IMG/VR virus record: IMGVR_UViG_2706795030_000004
Coordinates: 12,955 to 76,954 of that record
From: a virus
Lineage: Duplodnaviria; Caudoviricetes
DNA: 64,000 nt
Direction: 5' to 3' (one strand)
Below, in pieces: positions 29,826 to 38,861 of this stretch (position 1 is its first letter; every line of letters starts with the position of its first letter). The notes below the pieces were generated by a model, which was given only the letters and a program-made list of their open reading frames with translations, was not told where the DNA came from and ran no database searches. The position numbers and the translations under genes were made by a program.

Positions 29826-30151
29826 TGCCCACCCGAACCATCACCACCAAGTTCTGGACCATCCGCCAGAACAATAGCGGCGGCTACTTCGACGAAGACG
29901 CCTCCAGGGGTATCGGTCTCGCGCTTTGTGTCGAAGCCCTTGACCGCGACGATGCCGTGCGCCGGCTCGACGCCATCATCCAGGGCTACGACGACAGCGG
30001 CTCCTGTCCATGCTGCGGCCCTCGCTGGGACACCTACCTCTTCGAGGAAGGCACCGAAGAGCCCGAGACCCCTTACGGCGGCCGCCCCCTCGACTACGGC
30101 TACGTCCATTACATCGACGGGCGCATCGAAGCCCGCAACGAAGGAGCCTGA
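29822..30151 (+). CDS. Conserved-type phage hypothetical protein (CPCCGPRW)
   Basis: RQNNSGGYF...SCPCCGPRW. Confidence 0.65.
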   Translation: MMPTRTITTKFWTIRQNNSGGYFDEDASRGIGLALCVEALDRDDAVRRLDAIIQGYDDSGSCPCCGPRWDTYLFEEGTEEPETPYGGRPLDYGYVHYIDGRIEARNEGA

Positions 30152-30212
30152 CCATGGGCCTCGACCGCTGCCTCGCCAAGCCCGAGTTCGACTACGAGTA
30201 TCACTCGTCGTG

Positions 30213-30521
30213 GTGACCCTCGCTCAAGCCATCGACAACACCATCGCATGGCTCGAAACCGACCCGCTTGACCGCTGCAGGGGCAACCTCGCCGAGGACG
30301 AATACAACAACAGGGTAAACGTGCTCGACCCCCGCGCCTGCTACTGGTGCGCCCTCGGCTACCTCGCCCGCGAGCTCGAGCTCGACGCCTCCATCACCGA
30401 CGAGGTCTGCGCGATCCTCCCCGACGTCCGGCTCGACGAAATCTGGGTCGACAACGACCGGAACCACCTCTCCCGCGTCATCCAGAACCTCCGCACCATC
30501 AAGGACCACATCCATGACTGA
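30213..30521 (+). CDS. DUF6197-like hypothetical protein
   Basis: ACYWCALG...WVDND pattern; paralog-like to 32155-32472. Confidence 0.45.
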   Translation: MTLAQAIDNTIAWLETDPLDRCRGNLAEDEYNNRVNVLDPRACYWCALGYLARELELDASITDEVCAILPDVRLDEIWVDNDRNHLSRVIQNLRTIKDHIHD

Positions 30522-31626
30522 CAAAATCAACTGGGGTCCCGCGATCCCGACCCCCAACGGCCGCCCTTCGTGGTTGCTCGACACCGAAACTGTCGTCGAC
30601 CTCCAGACCGCATCCGGCTGGCGCTGCTCCGAGCGCGGCGCAGGCAATCCGGCCTACAACTGGTGCTGGCATGTCATCAAAGCCATCCGCCTCCCCGAGG
30701 GCCACGCCTACTACCTCGCAACCGACAAGGGCTTCACCTACTGGCCGGGCGGCGAGAGCGCGCCCGAGGACTATGACGGCGGCGAGATCCTTTACCGCGA
30801 TGGCACCGTCTTCGACGACGCCGCGGATCGCAGCTGGGAGCACGCCCCGACCAGGAGCCGGTTCTATCCCGAATACGACATCATCGGCTACCGTCCCGCC
30901 GACCAGAAATACGGCGACCGCATCATCGTGAACGGGGTCGCCCCCGACTGGCTCCGCGAAGACGACATCGGTCTCTTTGAAAACACGCCCGACGACTGGC
31001 TCGGAGAAAACGGCAAAACTCTCCTGTGGTGGGTATGGGGTGGCAAAGGAGACTGCCCGATCAGCATCCGCCTCCCCAAAGACCACCCCTACTACACGGT
31101 CCAGCGCTACAACCAGGAGCACGGCACCGACTTCGTCTACTGGCCGGGCGGTGATAACGCGCCGGCTGACTGGGACGGCAAGGAAGTTATCTTCCGTGAC
31201 CGCACGCTGTGGAAGACACCCTCTCCATATGCCATTTGGGACCACCGCGGCAATTGCGCCGGCGACATCATTGGCTACCGCCGTGCCGTCGCCCCCGAAA
31301 CCCCAACCCGGCGCGTCAAATACACCGGCATCTGGTCACCGGACCGGAGGGGCAAGACCGGCACAGTCACCGGCGACCCCACCGCGCTTCACGGCGGCGT
31401 CTGGGACGACGGCGAGATCTGGATCGGATATCTTGAGACCAATCTTACCGATCTGGAAGAGGAAGACCCCGACACGGTCGAGATCAAGCGCATGACCGAG
31501 AGCGAGGCCCGAGCATTCTACGTCCGCAACGGAAGTCCCTTTCAAAGCGCCGAGACTAACCTCGTTCTCGTGCTCAAGGAGCTCGGCCTCATCAAGCCCG
31601 AGCCCACCGTCGAGGTTCGAGCGTGA
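30514..31626 (+). CDS. Hypothetical protein with internal tandem duplication (370 aa)
   Basis: Two copies of IRLP..H.YY...YWPGG..AP.D.DG.E...RD...DIIGYR. Confidence 0.8.
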   Translation: MTDKINWGPAIPTPNGRPSWLLDTETVVDLQTASGWRCSERGAGNPAYNWCWHVIKAIRLPEGHAYYLATDKGFTYWPGGESAPEDYDGGEILYRDGTVFDDAADRSWEHAPTRSRFYPEYDIIGYRPADQKYGDRIIVNGVAPDWLREDDIGLFENTPDDWLGENGKTLLWWVWGGKGDCPISIRLPKDHPYYTVQRYNQEHGTDFVYWPGGDNAPADWDGKEVIFRDRTLWKTPSPYAIWDHRGNCAGDIIGYRRAVAPETPTRRVKYTGIWSPDRRGKTGTVTGDPTALHGGVWDDGEIWIGYLETNLTDLEEEDPDTVEIKRMTESEARAFYVRNGSPFQSAETNLVLVLKELGLIKPEPTVEVRA

Positions 31627-32170
31627 TTGACTGGGATAGGCCCATCGAGGCCGTGCCACGCGACGGCGGGCCGGCCTTTCGGGTCAAGATAGACCGCACC
31701 TATCACCATCGCCCGGACGCCGCCCCCGTCGAGTTTCCAACCAGCCCCTGGACCTCGGAAGTGCGCGGGGCGTGCACCCACTACGTCAACAACGACGGCA
31801 CGCTCTTTGCCGCCGACGAGAAGACGCGATTCACTGTGAGGAATTCTCAATGACCACAATCGACCTCAACAACCTCACCCAAGCCCACGTCGACGAGGCC
31901 GCACCCCACATCGGCAAGTGCACCTATTCGGCGCCCTGCATCATCGGCGCAATGATGACTCCCGAGGAACGCGAGGCCGCGGATGAACCGCTGCGCGGCG
32001 GCCGCGACCCCTCGGTGATCAGCATGCTTGTTGCCGACCACCGAGTGCATCTCGCCGACCCGGACCAGCTCCAGGAGCTGTCAGACCTCCAGTACGCCTT
32101 CGACACGAGCAACACCACCGCGCTCACCCGTCTTCTCGCCAAAAGGGGACTCGCATGGCCGACGATCTGA
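31623..32170 (+). other. Small hypothetical ORFs 31623-31853 and 31850-32170
   Basis: Translationally coupled starts. Confidence 0.6.
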
Positions 32171-32472
32171 GAGCGGACCTCCAAGCCATCCGCGACCTCC
32201 TCGCCGACCCCCAGCGCTGGACGCAGCACTACTGCGGTCGCACCATCGAGGGCACACCCATTACCGTTCCCGCCCGCGAGGCTGTCTGCTTCTGCCTGAT
32301 GGGCGCCATTTACCAGACGCAGGGGTCCGACTTCGGCGGGAACATAAACGAAATCGAGGACCACCTGAACGCGAGCCCGCTCCTCAACGGCGTCTCCTAC
32401 GTCCGCTTCAACGACACCCACACCCACGCCGAAGTCCTCGCCCTGCTCGACGAGAGGATCGCTGCGCTATGA
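32155..32472 (+). CDS. DUF6197-like hypothetical protein
   Basis: LLADPQRWTQ...VCFCLMGAI...FNDTHTHAEVLALLD. Confidence 0.6.
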   Translation: MADDLRADLQAIRDLLADPQRWTQHYCGRTIEGTPITVPAREAVCFCLMGAIYQTQGSDFGGNINEIEDHLNASPLLNGVSYVRFNDTHTHAEVLALLDERIAAL

Positions 32473-32979
32473 AGGTCATGGAACTCCGAGCCCTGCTCGC
32501 CGACATGCCCGGCGAGATGAACGTCTATCTCGTCAACGGCCACGGCGTTGCCGAGGCAAAGCACATCTTCAAGGCCAACCTCGTTGGCGTGGAACAGTTC
32601 TGCGAACTGCGCTCCTACTTCGAGGACCACACCCCGCAGTTCCTCGACATGAAGATCGAGCGCCGCACCGGCTTCGCCAACCGCGACGAGCTGATCGAGG
32701 CCTACCTCAAGCTCAAGGAGAACGCCGGTGATTGAGCTCGGCAAAACCTACCTGAACACCGAGGGCCAGAGCGTTCGCTACGTCATCTGCGCCCGCGTCG
32801 GCTCGCTCGACGACGACACGGGGCACGAACCCCTGCTCTTCTGGAACAACGAGGACGGTTTCGGGGCTCTCGCTACCGCTACCGTATTCACCGAGGAAGA
32901 GGCTCAGAGCTACGCCCTGCCCATTGCTGATGATCAGCCGGAATGGGTCGAATTGCCGCCCTACGTCAAGGAACTCTGA
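32469..32979 (+). other. Small hypothetical ORFs 32469-32735 and 32728-32979
   Basis: Coupled ORFs with SD motifs. Confidence 0.55.
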
Positions 32980-32980
32980 C

Positions 32981-33592
32981 ATGCGCCAAGGCAACGTCTT
33001 TAGCCAGTGGGTCGATCGCGACCCCAACGGCGACATATTCCTTCGCCTCCCCCTCGAGCTCGTCCACGACTGGGAGGACGCCAAGCGCGTCATCTGGGTG
33101 GACAACAGGGACGGCAGCTACACGCTGACTCCGGCCAAGGAAATGGCCAATAGCTATGGCGAGGCGCTTCGCGAAACGCGCAAAATCGTAGTCAACCGCT
33201 GTTACGGCGGCTTCAGCCTCAGCCACGAGGGCATGCTCGCCTACGCCCGGCACAAGGGTCTGACCCTCTATCCCCGCCAAGGGAAATTCAGTCTGGTCAA
33301 ATACTGGACCTACTGGCTGGTGCCGGAGCCGATCGAGGTCCCGGACAACTGGGCAACTCTCCCGTTGGAAGAGCGTCAGCGCATCAATGCCGAGTTTTCG
33401 GCGGCACGCATCTCGGACACAGACCTCGACCGCGACGACCCGGCCCTCATCGCCGCCGTCGAGGAGCTCGGCACCGCGGCGAATGGCGAGTTCGCCCAGC
33501 TCGAAATCGTTGAGATCCCCGACGACGTTGAATGGGAGATCTGCGAATACGACGGCGGCGAGTGGGTCGCCGAAAAGCATAGAACATGGTGA
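32981..33592 (+). CDS. AbrB-like N-domain fused to conserved phage domain
   Basis: GDIFLRLP...WVDNRDGSYTL; KIVVNRCYGGFSLS...RDDPALIAAVEELG...EYDGGEW. Confidence 0.6.
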   Translation: MRQGNVFSQWVDRDPNGDIFLRLPLELVHDWEDAKRVIWVDNRDGSYTLTPAKEMANSYGEALRETRKIVVNRCYGGFSLSHEGMLAYARHKGLTLYPRQGKFSLVKYWTYWLVPEPIEVPDNWATLPLEERQRINAEFSAARISDTDLDRDDPALIAAVEELGTAANGEFAQLEIVEIPDDVEWEICEYDGGEWVAEKHRTW

Positions 33593-33731
33593 TGCCTCCC
33601 CGCCCCCGCCCCGTCGTCGGCGAATACGACCCCAAACTCCAGCGCGTTCGCACCCACAGCGACGACTTCTACGACCACCGCAAGGCCGTGCTCGACCGCA
33701 TTCGCCAAGCCCTTGCCGCGGAGAAACGCAA

Positions 33732-34052
33732 GTGAAACTCCTAACCGCGTCGCTGGTCAAAGCACTTCAAACGAACCAGACCGGCAAACCCCTCGTCAAA
33801 TTCTTCAATCCCGTCGGCGCCGCAACGTGGCTCGTCTCCGAACTTGACGAAGACGGCGACACCCTGTTCGGCCTCGCCGACCTGGGATTCGGCTGTCCCG
33901 AGCTCGGCTACATCAGCCTCCAGGAACTACAAGGCCTCCGCCTCCCCTTCGGCCTCGGCATCGAGCGAGACATTCACTTCTCAACCGATCTGACCATTAC
34001 CGAATGGGCCGACAAGGCCCGCACGGCGGGATCTATCCTGCAAGTCGCATAG
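33732..34052 (+). CDS. DUF2958-like protein
   Basis: PLVKFFNPVGAATWLVSE...FGLADLGFGCPELGYISLQEL...IERDIHF. Confidence 0.8.
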   Translation: MKLLTASLVKALQTNQTGKPLVKFFNPVGAATWLVSELDEDGDTLFGLADLGFGCPELGYISLQELQGLRLPFGLGIERDIHFSTDLTITEWADKARTAGSILQVA

Positions 34053-34106
34053 CGACTTCCTCCGCAACACCTGTCCGTCCGCCCCAAATTCTGGGAGCCC
34101 CTGCAC

Positions 34107-34355
34107 ATGACCGCAGAAGAATTCCGCAAATCCAACGTCGACCTTCTCATCGCCAAAGGCGTCGAGCGGGACCAGGCCGAGCGCGTGCTCGATATCGCGA
34201 TGCACTCAGCCACCGAGGCCTACGACTCCCTGACCCTCAATCTGAACCGGCTCGAGCACAACGGCGAGTTCATCGTTGCGACGGGTCTCGCCTGCGAGAT
34301 CCTCAAATTCCGCCTCGGCCTCGCAATCGAGAGCATCAAGGACTTAGTAGCATGA
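34107..34355 (+). CDS. Hypothetical protein (82 aa)
   Basis: ATG 65 nt after palindrome motif. Confidence 0.6.
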   Translation: MTAEEFRKSNVDLLIAKGVERDQAERVLDIAMHSATEAYDSLTLNLNRLEHNGEFIVATGLACEILKFRLGLAIESIKDLVA

Positions 34356-34834
34356 CCTTGAAATCCATCAACCGCAAGCGTCTCGACAAGCTCGCGACCT
34401 ACCTCGAGAGCCTGCCGAAGTCCTACGAGCACTTCGACATGGACAGCTATCTCGTACCCGATCACGCGGCGGTGCAGACGGTCAAGGACTATGCCCTGCA
34501 CAACGGCGGGGTCGCCTCGTGCGGAACCGTCGCCTGCGCAGTCGGCCACGGCCCTGCAGCAGGCATTTACGTCCCGCCCAAAATGATCTTCGACGACCAC
34601 CGTGTCGACTGGAACAGCTACTCCTGTCTCTTCACGGGTGAATCCGGCGAGTTCGGCCCCCGCTGGTACTGGATGTTTGGCGGAGGTTGGGACGAGGTCG
34701 ACAACCACCACTGGGGCGCCGCCGCGCGCATCCGCTACGTCCTAGCTGACAAGCCAATCCCCAAAGATTGCGACGAGCCCTGCCGGGGTCACCGCCAACT
34801 CTACCGCGAATTCGACAAAAGGTACGCCTCATGA
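34352..34834 (+). CDS. CGTxACxxGH paralog family, copy 1
   Basis: LATYLESLP...FDM...SCGTVACAVGHGP...GAAARI. Confidence 0.75.
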   Translation: MTLKSINRKRLDKLATYLESLPKSYEHFDMDSYLVPDHAAVQTVKDYALHNGGVASCGTVACAVGHGPAAGIYVPPKMIFDDHRVDWNSYSCLFTGESGEFGPRWYWMFGGGWDEVDNHHWGAAARIRYVLADKPIPKDCDEPCRGHRQLYREFDKRYAS

Positions 34835-35196
34835 CGATCACGATCGGCGACCTTATCGTTCTCCTTCGCAACTGCGACCCCGACGCCCTGATCGAGTTCG
34901 ACTTCCCGGCGCGTCCCACGACCGTAGCCTCGTGGCGCGGCATCTATGCCGAGCCGGCATTGGGCCACTCCAACATGCCCGATGCGCAGCCCACGGTCCG
35001 CGACCTGCACGACGAGCTCAAGAGCGCGATCGACGGCCGCACCTTCCAGGGCTGGAAAGGCGGTGACTATTCCTACACCGCCGCCGACACTCTCCACGTC
35101 GCCAACCCCGGCAACATCGGCCACCTCGTGGTCTCCGGCATCGCCGACTGCGACCACTACGTCGTCATCAAAACCCAATTCCAGAAAGCTTGGTAA
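34831..35196 (+). CDS. Conserved-type phage hypothetical (SWRG.Y / GWKGG)
   Basis: ASWRGIYAEPAL...FQGWKGGDY. Confidence 0.65.
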   Translation: MTITIGDLIVLLRNCDPDALIEFDFPARPTTVASWRGIYAEPALGHSNMPDAQPTVRDLHDELKSAIDGRTFQGWKGGDYSYTAADTLHVANPGNIGHLVVSGIADCDHYVVIKTQFQKAW

Positions 35197-35197
35197 T

Positions 35198-35952
35198 ATG
35201 AGCAGTCTCGTCCGCCGCATCCAGCGGCAAGTCCTCCCTTCCAAGCCCGTCCATCCGAAGATCGACCTGAAAACTGGTAAGCTCCTCGGTTACATCACGA
35301 TGCCGCCCCGCAAGGTCCACTACATGGGCCGCGGCAAGTGGCTCGGCCTTACGAACCCGAAGGCCAAGGATCTTCTGGCGCGTCAGCGCCGCGAGGAGAA
35401 AAGGCGTGCTCTGCCAACCACATAGGGGTCAGCACGCCCGCCGCATCCAAAACCAGCAGAAGGTCCGCGTCCTCCGCCGTGCGAAGGAAGACGGCTACAC
35501 CCTCGACCAACTCCAGCGCCTCGGCCGGTTCAAGCACCGCGAGAGCCTGATCAAGTTCATGGAAAGGAACGAAATATGACAGCGGCACTCGCAGCCAGCA
35601 TTGCTGGCGGCTACATTCTCGGAGGCGCGCTCGCCGAAATCCTCGACCACGGCTTCAGCCCCGTCCACCTCCTCGATCTGGCCTTCGGTCTTTTCGCAGT
35701 ATTTGCCGGGATTGCGTACGCATAATTCCCCCTCACAAGTCACGGGCTCCGGGTCTCTTATTTAGACCCAAAACTATGGCCCATCATCCGATCACCGAAC
35801 TTCTCCTCGCCGGTCAGTACGACCAGGCGAAAGCCCTTTTCATCAAATCCTGCCGAACACGGCAACAAGCCTTCGCGCTTGGCTTCACTATTCTCGAGGA
35901 GCTCGACAATGCTCACCGATCTACAACGGCACAACCTATCGATCTTGGCTGA
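35198..35952 (+). other. Small ORFs (35198-35425 basic, further ~50-aa ORFs, 35776-35952)
   Basis: Hand-read coupled ORFs. Confidence 0.5.
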
Positions 35953-36667
35953 TTACCTGATTGAGCTGCCGGTCGATTACGCCCACTTCAACATGGATGT
36001 GTATAATTGTGACGATACGTCTTTCGATGGTATCTCCGTCCGTAATCCTGATCATTGCGGCACCTCAGCCTGCGCCGTAGGCCATGTTCCTTACACGGGC
36101 ATCAGCGGCTGGGAGGGGCAGGCGAATTGGAACGATGTGGCGGCAGATCTTCTCGGTGCCCCCTTCTATTCCCCTGCGTACCGTTTTCTGTTCAGTGAGA
36201 GCAACGTCGACTGCCCCTGGGCGGCCGCCCTCCGCATCCGCCACTTCCTTGCCCACAACTCGACCGAAGGCTTCGCATATCCGCACGGCCTGACCCTCGA
36301 ACAGTATCAGAACCTGCGCCGTCTCGCGGCCTATCTGATTGCGCTGCCCGAGGACTACGAAGAGTTCGACATGTCGTGGTGGACCGCGGACGGCCGTAGC
36401 CCGGGCGCGACCGAATGCGGAACCGTCGCCTGCGCCGGTGGTCATGGACCGATGGCAGGCATCCCATCGCTTCCGGGTGAGTATTGGGGCGACTACATTC
36501 CTCGTGTTTTCGGAAACAACACCAGATTGACCAACTATATGTTCAGCGCTTCGTGGAGCGAGATCGACAACACGCCCCAAGGCGCCGGCAAGCGCATCCT
36601 CTACGCCCTGCACAACGACCTTCCGACCGGGGATCGCCTCTATGACACGACAGTCTACGGCGGCTGA
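35909..36667 (+). CDS. CGTxACxxGH paralog family, tandem double domain (copies 2 and 3)
   Basis: HCGTSACAVGHVP and ECGTVACAGGHGP in one ORF. Confidence 0.78.
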   Translation: MLTDLQRHNLSILADYLIELPVDYAHFNMDVYNCDDTSFDGISVRNPDHCGTSACAVGHVPYTGISGWEGQANWNDVAADLLGAPFYSPAYRFLFSESNVDCPWAAALRIRHFLAHNSTEGFAYPHGLTLEQYQNLRRLAAYLIALPEDYEEFDMSWWTADGRSPGATECGTVACAGGHGPMAGIPSLPGEYWGDYIPRVFGNNTRLTNYMFSASWSEIDNTPQGAGKRILYALHNDLPTGDRLYDTTVYGG

Positions 36668-36804
36668 ACTCCGCCGCGCCTTTGCGCGCCACGACCGCCT
36701 GCAAACCCAGCTTCGCCAAAGCGAGGCGCACCTCCAAAACCTGAGGAACAAATACGCCGACGAGCAGGGCCTGCTTGTCCGGCCACGTCTGGAGACCCTG
36801 CGAA

Positions 36805-37722
36805 ATGCCATATAGAATCCGCTTCACCATCAAGAAGCCCTCCCGCGCCAAGCGCGGCGCGAAATATGCTTACGGGCAGGTTCGCTTCGGGCAGCTTTTC
36901 GTTGGGCAAGGCCCCAATATTGTCCGACCCCACCGCCCCGACGAAGCCACGGTCTTTGCGACTTACGAGGAAGCTGCAGCGGCTCTCGCCCACTGGATGG
37001 CCTACGACAATCGCGCAAACTGGGACCGCATGTGGATCAAGAACCCCATGATCGAGCGCGTCCATGAGTGATGCGTGGGACGAGGCGCGTGCAGCAGCAG
37101 AACGTGCAAAGAAATTTTATGCGCCGTTCAGGGCCGCAATGGAATCGGCAGCGCGTGCGGCAGACCCGAATTACGTCCCGTCAGGCGAGAACCGCGCGGC
37201 GGGGGAGGATGCGGTAAAGCGAGCAGAAGAATGGTTGCGCGCCATCTCCGATTGGCTTCTCGCCAACGATCACGATATGACGCTTCCGAGCGGCATCCTC
37301 GATACAGACCCGCTCGATATCGCAGATGATCTCGCCGCCCTCTCCGCCACCCCCGCACAGGAGGTTGATGAAACCGAGCGTGTCACCGTGCCGCGCGAAC
37401 CCACCGAGGCGATGTATCTGGCCGCTTTCAGCAGTGACCTATGGGGAGGCAGGCAGCCAATCCGCCGCGTCGTGGACGAAATATGGGACGCCATGCTCCG
37501 CGCCGCCCTCGCTCAACCCAAGGGAGATCACTGATGACCTCTCAATATACCCAGACGATCAGCGAAGCCACTGGCGTCGCTGACCCCGAACTGCTGGCCG
37601 AGATCGAAGACGTTATGCGTCATGTGATCTTTCACTCGACGCTCGATTGGCAGACCCGCGAGCAGCTCTCCCAGGCCGCCCGCGAAGCCCTTGAGGTGAT
37701 AAAATGCACCGCGACAATCTGA
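36805..37722 (+). other. Small hypothetical ORFs 36805-37071, 37064-37534, 37534-37722
   Basis: Coupled starts/stops. Confidence 0.6.
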
Positions 37723-38132
37723 ACAAGCTGGCAGATTACCTGCTGGCCCTACCCCCCGACTACGACGACTTCGACATGGGGACCTTCTGCAGGATCCCCG
37801 GAACAGAGGTCGAGTATCTCCCCCAAGATTCGGTGCACTCCTGTGGCACGGTTGCCTGTGCGCTCGGCCACGGGCCGCGTGCCGGCATCAAACCCGAGTT
37901 AGACGAAGGATGGCGGGGCTACTGCCTTCGCCAATTTGGCCTGCGCTGGTGGTCGGAGGAAGCCGAATGGTGTTTCAGCGGCGAATGGGCGCTGGTTGAT
38001 GATACGCCCCGAGGCGCAGGGCTTCGGATCAAATGGTTACTCGACGGTAAGCCCATCCCCGACGAGGACGAGCTCACCGCCATCACGTGCGGACCCGATC
38101 CGCTGCCCGAGAAATTCAACTATCTCGCATAG
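37704..38132 (+). CDS. CGTxACxxGH paralog family, copy 4
   Basis: LADYLLALP...FDM...SCGTVACALGHGP...GAGLRI. Confidence 0.75.
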   Translation: MHRDNLNKLADYLLALPPDYDDFDMGTFCRIPGTEVEYLPQDSVHSCGTVACALGHGPRAGIKPELDEGWRGYCLRQFGLRWWSEEAEWCFSGEWALVDDTPRGAGLRIKWLLDGKPIPDEDELTAITCGPDPLPEKFNYLA

Positions 38133-38185
38133 CGATTACCCCCAAACGCCCTATCAAACGCTACCGTTTTAGGGACTCTCACCAC

Positions 38186-38491
38186 ATGAACATTATCGAA
38201 CTCGCGGTCGAGGCGCTCGACCGCGCCATCCCCCTGTGCATCCTCTATGAGGGTAAGCCGAAGACGATCGAAGTCCACGCTGTGGGCCTTTCGGTCAAGG
38301 ACAACGCCCCCGTTATCCGGGGCTTTCAGATCGACGGCGAGGCAAGCCGTCCCCTACCCTGCTGGGCGCTCCTGCGCGTCGACAAGATCGAGGAGGCCGG
38401 CTTTGGCACCCCCACATCCGACGCCCCCCGCCCCGGCTACGTCCAAGGCGACAAGCAGATGTCCAAGATTATCAGGGAGATCGTGCTGTGA
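38186..38491 (+). CDS. Stand-alone WYL-like domain protein
   Basis: YEGKPKTIEVHAVG...IRGFQ..G...WALLRVDKI...PRPGY..GDKQM. Confidence 0.7.
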   Translation: MNIIELAVEALDRAIPLCILYEGKPKTIEVHAVGLSVKDNAPVIRGFQIDGEASRPLPCWALLRVDKIEEAGFGTPTSDAPRPGYVQGDKQMSKIIREIVL

Positions 38492-38850
38492 TCGACGCAA
38501 CCGTGACCTACTCCCTCAGCCCAGGCATGCTCGCCGACCTGATGGTGACCGCCATTGAAGGCGGATGCGGCTACTGGGCTCACGAGCTCGAGCTCGTCAG
38601 CGGCACGGATCTGTTCGAGCCCCCCTACTACGCCGACCCCCGCTTCTACTGCTCGCCCTTCAAGCTCGCGCTGACGGATTGCGAGGGCGACGTTCACACG
38701 ATCGACGCCGACACCCTCGCAAAGGGCTGGCGCCTCCTCAACGAACTGTACCCGCGGCGGGCACTCGCCGTGGTCGATGAAACCTACGACGCGGAAGACG
38801 CCGACGTCTTCCTGCAGCTCGCCGTCTACGGTGAGATCGTTTACGGATAA
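38488..38850 (+). CDS. Hypothetical protein (120 aa)
   Basis: AIEGGCGYWA...DAEDADVFLQLAVYGEIVYG. Confidence 0.65.
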   Translation: MIDATVTYSLSPGMLADLMVTAIEGGCGYWAHELELVSGTDLFEPPYYADPRFYCSPFKLALTDCEGDVHTIDADTLAKGWRLLNELYPRRALAVVDETYDAEDADVFLQLAVYGEIVYG

Positions 38851-38861
38851 GGAATTTCAAC

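Larger units (their letters stand above)
1569..35734. promoter_or_regulatory. Dispersed motif TAATTC(A/C)CCC upstream of late genes
   Basis: Minus-strand starts at 1579, 4626, 9405, 10341, 12252, 21352; plus strand 35723. Confidence 0.75.

Noticed and set aside
29928-30521. 197-aa ORF as annotated in the ORF track
   Set aside because: Its 5' two-thirds overlap real genes in another frame; the probable gene starts at GTG 30213
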